Shown here one piece after another: positions 37,818-49,000 of a stretch of DNA of 64,000 bases. Positions within the stretch are counted from its first letter, which is position 1. Every line of letters starts with the position of its first letter. Under the pieces are notes generated by a model that was given only the letters and a program-made list of their open reading frames with translations, made no database searches and was not told where the DNA came from. Location of the stretch: assembly GCA_977862235.1 (NCBI GenBank), contig OZ374565.1:1860001-1924000 (forward strand), written 5' to 3'. The stretch comes from Dudresnaya verticillata. Taxonomy: Eukaryota. The translations under genes were made by a program, and so were the position numbers.

Positions 37818-38828
37818 TTATTGTAGAGTCCGACAAGCAGAAGGCCACGTCGGCTCTGCCATACTGCTCATTGTAGCGCCTTCTCCATCCTGCCGTGATC
37901 CGTCTGTCAAGAACCTGCACCTTCTCTTCATGAGTGCCTGCCGCAGAATTTCTACGACACGAACTGGTTGGGCCATAGCTTGTTGTATATGGGGAAACGA
38001 GAGCAAAGTGGTATAGCCACCTTCTTTTCTCGCCCTGACATTAACGGAAACGAAAACCGGACACTCTTTGACTTTGATGAGCTCGCAAATGGCATTGGCA
38101 TCCTTCTGCGGATCGTCTGTGTCGATAACGCAATCCAATCTTTCTGCGATTGCCTCTGCACGTGCGGTAAGCTTTGACTCCTCGACATCGCAACCATGAA
38201 GTCCATCGTAGTAGCGGTAGAGCTCGCAGGGATCGTACATTCGGAATCGACCCGAAAACTTCCAGCTAGCCGTGGAGGAAACGTTGCGGAGCTCTTCGAC
38301 CATCTGATCGTATTCACCCTCGGAGAAATGAAAATACTTGGAACACAGCAGGTCTTTCGTATCACGGGAGGTGGCGATGACGACCCCCTTGGCGGCCTCG
38401 TGATCACGGGAATAGATATCCCTCGTAAAGATGTGCCCACCTATGATGGTGCAGTTGAAATCCTTGGCGCGAGAGGATAGGTCGGTGCGACTGCCGTGAA
38501 AGTACTGGGTCGCGCCATAAAAACGCGCGCTGAGGTTCGCCGCGTCGGCCAGGCCCTGTAACCAGAGCTTGGTGCTTGTGCTTGCGGTCTTTTCCTGGCT
38601 CCAGAACAGGATATTTGAGGCATCACGGATTGGCGGAGGCGGAGAGTCTGACCTTGGGATGTTGGCGGAGGGTTGCGAAGAGTCGGAGATGGCTTGCACC
38701 TGTTTTGCTTCGAGGGGTTCGCTCTGGGCTTGGTCGACGAGTTTCACATGGAGAAATCGGAAGATGATGAAGGTGCAGATGAATAGGAAGGTAACCCGAG
38801 TGACATGGAGAGGCGTGATGGTTTTCAT
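37818..38828 (-). CDS. Type II membrane sulfotransferase-like protein
   Basis: Intact 336-aa ORF; N-terminal TM (VTFLFICTFIIFRFL), Pro/Ser stem, 5'-PSB-like FWSQEKTASTS, IIGGH, and R-x7-S-x-Y (RDTKDLLCSKYFH). Confidence 0.72.
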   Translation of the reverse strand: MKTITPLHVTRVTFLFICTFIIFRFLHVKLVDQAQSEPLEAKQVQAISDSSQPSANIPRSDSPPPPIRDASNILFWSQEKTASTSTKLWLQGLADAANLSARFYGATQYFHGSRTDLSSRAKDFNCTIIGGHIFTRDIYSRDHEAAKGVVIATSRDTKDLLCSKYFHFSEGEYDQMVEELRNVSSTASWKFSGRFRMYDPCELYRYYDGLHGCDVEESKLTARAEAIAERLDCVIDTDDPQKDANAICELIKVKECPVFVSVNVRARKEGGYTTLLSFPHIQQAMAQPVRVVEILRQALMKRRCRFLTDGSRQDGEGATMSSMAEPTWPSACRTLQ

Positions 38829-40169
38829 GCTTTGGTTCTGGGTGCAGAACCAGTTGCAAACGCCGGAACATTTTGAGAGAGAGAAGTGTGACTTTACACA
38901 TTGAGAGACTGCCTAGCGATGTCCAACCGAGGTGTATCTATAAGGTTACGGGCTGCTACAGTGTCAGCATCACGTTTGTTATTGAGGTATCTTACGTTGT
39001 CAGCACGGCATCTGTGCTCTCCCAGTTCGTCATCGCCTTCTTTCGGTTTCAATCTCGCATGTTGGCTCAACGCCTGTTTCCCGTAATGTAAGCATTTACT
39101 CGGCTGCCTCCAGCCTTCTACTGTGATAGTAAACTTTATTGGGAACAGCCTTCTACTGAGGTAAATAGAATAATACAGTCGTTCCGTGATAGTTGCATCC
39201 CTGATAAGCGCATTTCCTCGTTGAGCGCATACAAGACCTCGGAACCGTGTTGGGAGTCGCGATTCCAAGCTTACCCACTTCTCTTGTTTACTGCATTGAC
39301 AATCCGCTACATATCATGCTTCGGCCTATGAAAAGTAACCAAATTATACGCCTAAAGTGCGCCGTGGTGCTCCCATGCACATGACCCCGATGATTTCCGG
39401 TGTACTGGATAGTGTGAGTCGCTTAGTGTCGTCAACGGCATCCGAATTGACGACCTCATCAGTCCTGCAGAGGAGGATGATATCCTTCAGGAGCCGGATA
39501 AATGTACTCTAGCTACTGACGATGCTGGTGAAATGCAGCGTTTGGAGAACGAGGAGTAAGATTATTGCGGCGAGGAGGCTATGAGTTTAGTCGATTGGCT
39601 TCCCATTGAGGGGGGGAACTTCACTTTAATGCAGATCCCATTGAAGGACGTCTCCGGACCATTATCATGGTGAAACATATGTCGGAGCAGGAGGAGCCCC
39701 CGGAGACGTTTCGCTACGCCCTGCGCCAGCTGAAGTAAGAAAAGGCTGCGAGTGGCGCGTGGCCCATGCGGCGTGGGCTAATATAGACCAGTACTTCACC
39801 GGCCAGTGAGACTTGCGTGCGTCTAAAGCAAAATCCTTGAGAAGTGCATATCCTTAACTACTGCATGGCAATCTGAGCTACACTCGGTATGCAATTATCG
39901 AGGAACGACTGTAGCAATATCCATAGCACATTGCGTTGCAGATAGCAAATTGCAATTCCTAATGCAGTGACATTGTATATTGCAATACCTATTGGTTTGA
40001 GTAGTAGTAGTATTGGAAGGCCTATTGCTAAATGTAGTAGACGATACGCATATCCGGTTCTGTGGGGGAAGCGGCATCCGTAGTGTTGGATCCCGGGAAT
40101 ACAGCATTTTCGACGCGCATCTTGTTCCTAATGCCATACATGCCTATCTCAAATCATAGTTTATTACAG

Positions 40170-40296
40170 TACTATTATATGTTTTAACATAGAAATCATC
40201 GTTTATTTACATATACAGTAATAGTACTGTATAATACTATTATATGTTTTAACATAGAAATCATCGTTTATTTACATATACAGTAATAGTACTGTA
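40170..40296. repeat. 65-bp tandem duplication within an AT-rich MITE end fragment
   Basis: tactattatatgttttaacatagaaatc... twice; followed by taaactatgatttcagaacctatcca, which resembles the MITE right end. Confidence 0.85.
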
Positions 40297-41605
40297 TCAT
40301 AGTACTGTAATAAACTATGATTTCAGAACCTATCCACAGTACGTAAACATATGCACCTATAAATGTACCCATCTTTTTCTTCATATTTTGGACTCAAATC
40401 GGGAAATCGCAGGCGACGGCTCGACGGCGCCCTGTCGCAGGTATGATAAAGAATTCAGTTAAGAGCCGTCGGTTCGCTGTGGCCACAATGGCTGCAGGGT
40501 CCGAGAGGAGCCGTCGGGGTCTGGAGCTCAGGAAGAGGGTCAATCAGTTGCTGCCCCACACCCTGCGCGGGTGAGCAACGCAGGGCTGGCGAGGGCTGGC
40601 GAACCCGAGGCCCCTTGCGCTTGCACCCATTCAGAACTTTGTAAGGCTTCTGTAAGAGCGAAGCTGACAGTGAGTGTGGACTCCGGCGGAACTGGAAGGG
40701 AGTTGGAGCCGTCAGGCTCGTGGCTGCTGGGAAGCTCGTTTCCAGAAGCATGTAGGAGGCAGCAGTCCAGATGGGCGACGACGTCCCACCCGGCGTGACG
40801 GGCCGCAACGATAGGTCCCCTACGCTGCCTTCAGATGACGGAGAACCAGTCAAGGGCCCTTTGAAGGAACATATTCATTCGAAATGCGTTTCGTAGACAT
40901 ACGTCTCCCAATATTGCCTTCACAGGACCTTCGGCGGTAGAAATGTGTTCTACACAGATGAGGGTGTTGCGACTTTGTTTTCAAGAGTCAACTTCCACGA
41001 AAACTGTTTCTTCACAACTTGAAGTACAGTATACCTTTTTGGGTCTCTTGCGTGCGCGGGTAGCTAATCCACAAGGGAAACGCAGAGCGGGTCCCAGGTA
41101 GCGTTGTTAGAGCGGGATGGGTAGCCCAGAGGGTAGACGGTTGACGATACCTTAACGGAAGCACGATAACTACGAGAGTTCAATGGGCGGGCGGTTAACC
41201 ATGCGCAGGTGACGTTAGCGCGGTGGTGCCGATGGCTTGGAGACTGCAAAGTTTGGGGCCGAAGGTGCTTACCTTTACTGTTCAGAGGTACCGCCCGAGG
41301 TTACCTTATAAGGCAACTCGGGACGGCGTAGGCACCTTCTAAGAGGGTATATACAGGAGCCCCCTGTACACCTAAAATTTCTAAATAAATAACTACTTAA
41401 TATTATCTCCATCAGGTGACCCAAATCCAGCCACTTGTCCGTTCACCACTGGTCGTCTCAGAGCACCGCCCAGCAATGTAACCAATCGGGATTCCCGGAT
41501 CGGGATCCGTCCGCGCGCTCTGCCCGCCACATTCTGTAAGCTTTGCACTGTATCACAGAACTGCCCTCTGAGATTGGGACACGTCCCCGTGTCACCCTGG
41601 CGGGA

Positions 41606-41700
41606 AAACTCTGTACGCGTGTCGTCGACCCGACGGGAACCGTCGACGATTTCAAATCGTCGACGGTTCCCGTCGGGTCGACGACACGCGTACAGAGTTT
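41606..41700. repeat. Perfect palindrome, 47-bp arms with 1-nt spacer
   Basis: 41606-41652 is the exact reverse complement of 41654-41700. Confidence 0.97.
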
Positions 41701-41732
41701 AGGAAGTTCCTAATCCATGAGGTCAACCGACA

Positions 41733-42463
41733 ATGGCCAACGCCTACTTCAGGCATCCCGTTCGGTCTCCCGAAGGTCCTCGTCACCCGCGCTCAATCGT
41801 GTCCCCTTCCCCCTTTCCTTCAACATCCCTCTGCCCTTTCCAACTCCCTTCTCGTGGTCTACCTCCTCGGCCGTTCCCAACCATGGGGTCACCTCACGCG
41901 GGCCCTCAGGATCTTACCAGCGTTCGGGTTTCTTTCACAACCTGTCTAACGACGAGCTCGCTGCGCGTTACCCGCTGGTGGACTGCCTCGGAGAAGTCCC
42001 CGTCGACCGAGTGCGGTTTCAGGCTATTCAAGGATACAAGAGGCGAGCGGCCTGGACGGCGCGGCTTCCCCATTGCCCGCCGAGCGACGAGGTGCCGCTC
42101 GACCTGCAGGCTGACCTTCGGTGGTTTCGGGTCGGGTTCGAGCGCCATTACGTTCCGGCGATATTCGAAACCTTAGAAAGGTATGCCGACCGTACACAGG
42201 TTGCTTTGGACAGTCGCCTCCTAAGGTTCTAGAAGCCCTTTCCGCAGTTGTGGTGGCTTGGAGACCGATGGGTAACAGATATCTGTTTCGAAACCCGAGT
42301 CCGCCACCGAACTGACAAGCTACTCGTCGGTTTCCATAACGTCGAGATGTGGGAAATCTCCGTCCGCGAGCGGGAATTGTACTACCCCAGGAAACCAAGT
42401 TGGTGGCACACCGATGAAGGTCCCCGGTATCTACCGTCTCTCACACCTCCGTGTCTGGCCTAT
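41733..42463 (+). pseudogene. aORF of element D, 5' part
   Basis: ORFs 41733, 41717 and 42248; RKPSWWHTDEGPRYLPSLTPPCLAY joins in frame to YGSRAKFETEAW at 53763 when C and one TSD copy are removed. Confidence 0.8.
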
Positions 42464-43154
42464 TGTGGTGTAGTACGTGGACCCACCGTAAAGGACAGCT
42501 GGCCAAGCTATTCCAAAACGGAGTACCAAATACCGAACCGGGGTGGTAGAGCTTAGTTCGTAGACCGCGGGGAGTACAGCGCGCGGCAACACCAAAAAGG
42601 AATAAAGGGAAGCAACAAGAAAAGGTGCGGTACAGTGCCGGGGCAGCTTCACCGAGACGGATATGGAGGTTAACCGTGTACGGGGCTGGCGCGGGGAAAC
42701 CGAAAAGGTAAACTAGGGTAACAGCTAGGGTAAAGCAGTTGTCCCAGGGTTGCTTTCCCTTTAATTCAGGAGCCACTGCGAGTCGCACTGATATAGAGTC
42801 AGGCGACCCTCAGCGGTCCGGTCCGAGTGATCCAGCCCGGAGAGGGGCAGGTCCACCAGGTGGGTCCGGCCCTACTGGTCCCGGTCACCGTGCCGGACAT
42901 GCGCGGCATTCTCATTGGCCGGCGCCATACTACGTACTGTACAGCATCATTACATCTACTAAATTAAAATTAAAACAATTACTTGGCTCCGATTGGTGGT
43001 TTCCATAGACTCCAGCAAGGTCTACAGTGCGGGCGTACAGGCGGAACGGCGCGGCGTGTTTTGGCGCGCAGCTGCGCTCACACGCGCCACCTTTGCGGAT
43101 TGTCCGTTTCCGTTTTGACCGACGTCGGCTTGCCGCCTTGTCCACTTCACCACA
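42464..43154 (-). repeat. 3' LTR of element C
   Basis: tgtggtgtag...cttcaccaca; direct repeat of 53067-53757. Confidence 0.97.
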
Positions 43155-43310
43155 GACCCCCCTTCTTAAATGGCGACACGTCCTCGTTCGCCCAGCCGGA
43201 TTTCCTCTCACGCCTCCCAAGACCTTCCCGACTTCCCACCTACACGGTCTTCTCCTCCTTCATCAACAACTTCTCACCACTTCCCTTTCCGTTCCGGTAA
43301 CCCACCAGAA

Positions 43311-45976
43311 ATGGCGGGCAGTAATTCCGACCGCGCGCGCTCCCCGTTTCAACCCACACGTCGCTCTTCCTCAACGGGTGATGAGCGCGCCGCGGAGCAG
43401 CGGCGTCCTATCAACACCACGACGCCGCACACCACAAAGGAGACCGATGAGGTTCGGCCGGTACCGCCGCCTCTGCTGGGCGCGGTCAGTCCGCCCATTC
43501 CGCGTATCCGCGGGGCGTCGACTGCACCGGCCGTACCACGCCGCGCATCCGACAAGGAGGCCCTCGAGGGGTACCCTCCGATTGGGGGACCCATGCCGCC
43601 GGTTGCTACGCCAATGGGTTCCAGTTCGGTACCGCGGTAACGCTGCCATCTCGGAGCCAGATGCCAATCCCATACGGTGAAGTCGGTCATCACCAGCGAG
43701 GTGTCCCTCTGATGGGTCCTTCGCCACACCTTAGCGGATGGGGCACTCCGGCCCGAGCGGGTGCGTCCACTCCGTCCCGGTTGAGCTCTGCTACTCCGTC
43801 CGGGCGCCGTCTTCCGGTCGGCCCGAGTGAGCACACCGGTGACGTGACGTGGCCGGGTCATGTTTATGACCACCGGGCCGGAAGGAGGCATCGCACCGAA
43901 GAGGAGCGCGATATGGTTGCTCTGCCAATGTCCGTTTCGGCCTTTGTGCGTAAGCACGGCGACACCTTGGAGGGTCGTCGTTATGGAACCGTTCCGGACA
44001 CAAGTGGGCAGATCAACCACAAGTGGTTTCCTAATAGGAGAGAGGAGATGTGGCGATCCCGTTGGATCCACTCCTCCTGCCGCACGAAGACTCCGCCTGG
44101 GTGCGACCTCGTATGGGTCCGCTGCCCCGAGGAGGAAGGTTACACCGATAAGGTTGGGCGGCTCTTGGCCAGTGCACATCGGCTTCAACACCGTTCGGTC
44201 GGGGTGGCGTTTCTCTGTTACGAGCGCCCCTACGACCAGAAAGTGCACTGGTTCGCCAATCCGCAAAGGTGGTCAGACGACGCGGCGAAGGAGCACCGTC
44301 TTCGTCTGCGCAATCGTGACGACGCCCGTCTCGGATCAGCTCTGATGCACACCTGGAACACTTTTGAGTTTTTCCAGGTGCCTGCCTCTTCGCATCGAGC
44401 TTTGTACCTGACAGCTCCGTCTTGGTGGCCGGAATACGAAGTATCCCGCTGGCTTTCGGTGCCAACCCCAACGGTGATTGCGTACTTTTCCGATCGGCTC
44501 ATCCAACACCGCCGCTGGGAGCAACAACACCCTAACGGAGAGCTGTCTGTCGACCAGCCACAGATGGCCGTGTTGGAGCTGATACTCCGATCGGAATGGG
44601 CCATGTTGGTGCTCTTCTCCTGGCTCCAAGTCACCTACCGCGGAGTTCGTCCGATAGGAAGTAAGGCAGCTGCTTGCCGGCCTCACGCGGGGGAACTGAG
44701 AGCACACGGTCTTCGTCCCAGGAATAGACCACAAAGCCCGGTGTCTGCCTCCAGTCCAAGTTTCCGTGAACGGTGAAGAGGCGCTCAACTCGAGCCAAGG
44801 GGTATTCGGACCCATCGACTAAGGCGGCTACTCCAACTTGGTGAATGAGGCGAACAACCGCTTGAGGGAGCTCGAAGATTCGACCACAGTCTCCTCCCAC
44901 CGGATCGGTGCGCCTATTCGGAAAGGCCCTCCAGTCGGTGAGCTTGGTGTTTGCTCGAACTCCGCGGTAGGTGACTTGGAGCCAGGAGAAGAGCACCAAC
45001 ATGGCCCATTCCGATCGGAGTATCAGCTCCAACACGGCCATCTGTGGCTGGTCGACAGACAGCTCTCCGTTAGGGTGTTGTTGCTCCCAGCGGCGGTGTT
45101 GGATGAGCTACCGCTTTGGGACGCCGAAGAGGAGATGGGGCCACTACCCCAGCCGGTACCATATCGGGGGAGTCCGTCACCTGCGGCCGTGGCTTCCGTA
45201 GCGGCTCCGGCGTCTTATCAACCCGTGTCGGACGAGCGTGCCTTAGTGCCGCGGGAGTCGCCGGATGAGCCAGCTCAACCCCTCAACTGGGCTCGTGACC
45301 CGCCCGGAGTGGAGGTTCGAGGCCACCGTCTAGGAGAGAAGACCGTCACGGGGGACCCTGCGGGGTCGCCAGCTACCGTGCCGGAGGTTACGCCGCCCGT
45401 TGTCGAGCCACCGGTGCCGATGGACTCGGTTAAGGCTACTCCACAATCGGGTAACATGCCTGAGCCTGCTGGAATGCAGAAGGTCATACCGGTGTGGTTG
45501 CTGCAACGTCCGCCCTTCCGGAGTCGCCAAAGGCTCAGCCGTCTTCGCCTACGTCAAGCGATTCGGTCATCTTCGTCTCCGATGATCGAGGTGTGTCCGA
45601 CATTCCCCCGCCCATCAAGGTAAAGAAGGAGCCGGAAACCGAAGCGGATAAGGCGCCTTTGACCGAGTCGGAGTTGAAGGTTGAGGAGGCCGACCTCCAA
45701 GCTCTCCGTACGGAGTGTTTGGCCATGGGTCTGGCCGCTCCGAAGTCGGCGACGGACGCGGTGGTGTCGGCTAGGAAATGGTTGGGTCGCATCGGTCGTC
45801 TCCGTCAAACGGTTCACCGCCTCCGTGAACGGATGAACACCACCGGTCGGAAACTGACTATGCTCACCGCCCGTGTCTATGGTGCGGACATTTCCGATGC
45901 GGAGTCCGATGCCGTGAAGGAGGAGGACGTCGAAGTTGACGAGGCGCCTAGCGCCAAGCGGCGGCGTAGAAACTAG
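43311..45976 (+). pseudogene. aORF of element C, disrupted by frameshifts and an inverted duplication
   Basis: ORFs 43170, 43661, 44631 (minus), 44838 and 45494 assemble into one protein ending SAKRRRRN; homologous to the B and D aORFs. Confidence 0.82.
44497..45108. repeat. 153-bp inverted duplication enclosing a 306-bp inverted segment
   Basis: 44497-44649 is the reverse complement of 44956-45108. Confidence 0.95.
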
Positions 45977-46068
45977 TTAGCCAGCGCCTTAGTTACACCA
46001 TTAAGGTCTTGTTGATGCACTATTAAAGAGGATTGCTTCCCTTTAACCACTTGCGATAGCCCGTCTCC

Positions 46069-49000
46069 TTAGGTGCGAGTAGGTCGACGGCTCCGTCTCG
46101 GTACTGTAGCAGCAGCACGTTTGCGATTCCAATAACGGAGTATAAAGTTCTGCGGCAATTCCTCTGCGGGTTCGTACGTGTCCTGGTCTGGCGGATAGCC
46201 ATACCAGCGCACCTTGTAGGTCATGCCTGTAGGCTCCTCACGGTGTCCTACAATCTTTTCAACGACATACTCCGTATCGGTATCAACTGGCTCTGTGGAG
46301 TCTGGAGCTCCTCCGTCTCGGTCAGTCGGGGCTGTCGGCTCCCCGGCTGGTGTAGCCGTGACGGGGGGAGGCGCGACTGCCGCTGGTTGCACTGCAACTC
46401 CGATAGGGACTTTGGTGATCCGGTCGATGCTGATCGGAATCAGCACCCCATCCTTTTTGATGGTCACGACCGTCTCCGTTGCGGTTGCCACCTCATAGGG
46501 TCCTGTAGAGTGGGGTAGCAGCTTCTTCATCTGCTCCGCGAAATCACCAGCGAGGTCAGGGCCTTGTCCCAATCGGTCTCGCTCTCTCCGTTCGGTGGGT
46601 CGCAGATTCCGTGGCGGTCGATCGACGTAGACTTGATCCCCGCTGTGGATTTCGGGTCTAAAGCGCACCCTACGGTCGAACAACTCCTTCGCCTTCAGTT
46701 GGGCTGCGGTCTGCTTTGTCTGCGCCTTCTGTAGAGCATAGCGCAGACGCCGCATGGTTCCCCGTTTTTGGATTACGGGCGTCACGCGCCCCTCCGTTAA
46801 GGTTTCTTCCAACTCCACTGGGGTGCCTCGGACAATTATGTCCGATGGGTGTCGAGTCAACACCAAATCGAAAGGGGTTGTATCTGTCATCCGGTGAACC
46901 TGCGTATTATATGCGTAGGTTAGCGGTTGTAAGTAAAGATCCCAATCGGTGTGGTGGTCCTCTACATAGTGGCGGAGACGCTGGGCAATAGTGCGATTAA
47001 ACCGTTCGGCTTGCCCATTTGTTTGCGGGTGGTAGGCTGCAGTGAGCAAATGCCTTACACCGAGAAGGGCACACACCGCGTCGAAGAACTTAGCAGTGAA
47101 CTGCCTTCCGTTATCGGTGAGCACAAATTTGGGGGCGCCATAGGCGTAGACCCAATTGTCCAGAAACGCATTTGCGACCACGACGGCTGTAATCGTCCGT
47201 AACGGAATGCACCGTGTCAGTTTTGAGAACCGATCGGTGATCACCAATACGAAAACATAACCCCGTTTGGTTTTTGGCAGTGGTCCAAGGATGTCGATCG
47301 CTATGAACTCCAGGGGGCCGCTGGCGGGGAAGAGTTTCATAAACTTCTGATGCCGAAAGCGGGTTCCCTTGGGCTTCACACAAGAGCGACAACTCCGTAC
47401 GGTTTCGAATACATCATTAGCCATGTGGGGCCAATAGTATTCTCTCCGTAAGGTGTAATACATTTTGATACCGCCAGGGTGGCCTGATACCAATGTATAA
47501 TGGGCCAGGTACAGTACTCTGCCTCGAAGCCTTTGCGGTACCACCTTTTGGAGTGCACCGTCTAGGGTTGATTTGCGAACCAGAAATCCGTGGTGGTCAT
47601 ACTCAAACTGGGAACCAGGGGAACCCACCGTGTCGGCTTTGAGTTGACAGAACTTATCTTCCGCTTGGGCAGCTATGAACTCCTCAAGGGTGATGGTTTC
47701 GTTCTGCATGTCCTCCAATCGGATTACTGTTTCCCTTAAAGGAGTAGAGTCGTCAGTGTTCGTTTGCGTCCCATCCGTTTCGGTGTCTTCTGTTTCGATT
47801 CCTAAGACGGATAATTCGTCCTCATCGGATTCCAGGATCCATTCCCAATCGGCGAGGCACATGCCATGCTCGATCATACCTTCAGGTGTAGACTCCACTA
47901 CGAAACAGGGAACCTCTTCGTCCAGGTCATTTTCGTCAGCTCCATCCGTACGGAGTCGGGACATGCCGTCAGCCAATTGATGCTTCACTCCGGGTCGGTA
48001 TTGCACTTCGAACTCCGAAAGGCGTAGGCGCCATCGTGCTAATCGACCCGAGGCGTCCGCAAGGTTGAGGATCCAACTCAAAGCGTCGTGATCCGTTCGG
48101 AGTGTGAATAGCTCACCGTAAAGGTAGGGGCGTAGCGTCAGCATGCTCCAAACGACTGCAAGGCACTCCTTTTCGGTGGTTGTGTAATTCTTTTCCGCAT
48201 CGGTGAGACTTCGGCTCCAATAGCCTACCGGCAGGTGGTCACCGTTAGGTTGCTCCTGTAGGAGAACACACCCGACTTGGTAGTCACACGCATCGGTGTC
48301 CAGCGTGTATCGAAAACCGTGACGGGGTAGAGCCAGTATAGGAGGAGAGATCAGATGTCTCTTTAACTCCTCAAAGGCATTAAACTCCGCATCGGTGAGG
48401 GTTTCGAACTCGAAAGTCTGTCCCTTACCGGTCTTCTTATTAAGCGGGGCCGATATCCTTGCGAAATTGGGAACGAAGCGGCGGTAGACGTTACACATTC
48501 CTAAAAAGGAGCGTAGTTCCGTTTGGTTTGTGGGCGGTTTCGCCTCCTTAACGGCTTGGATATTCTTGTTGTGCACTTCCAATTGACCGGGACGGATGAT
48601 ATGGCCCAGGTACTGTACGGAGGTGTCAAAGAAGGCACACTTTGACAGTTTAAGGGTGACCCCTGCTGCTTGAAGCAACGTGAGGACCTCCTTTAGGTGA
48701 TGAAAATGTTCCGTAACGGATTTAGAATAGATTATCACGTCGTCTAGGTAGACCAAGGCGAATTGCCACTTCACCGTCGATAGGATTATGTCAACAGCTC
48801 GCTGGAAGGTGGCCGGGGCATTCTTGAGCCCGAAAGGCATTCTCCGAAAGCGGAATAAACCGTAATGGCTAGTGAACGTAGTTTTGTCACGCTCCTCTTC
48901 GGGTATTTCCACTTGCCAGTAACCACTGTTACAGTCCAGCGTGGTGAATACAGTAGCCTCTCCCAGAGAGTCTATGCACTCATCCATACGGGGTAGGGGG

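Noticed and set aside
40170..40296. Tandem repeat considered as CRISPR-like
   Set aside because: Only two contiguous units, no spacers, eukaryotic context, no cas genes.
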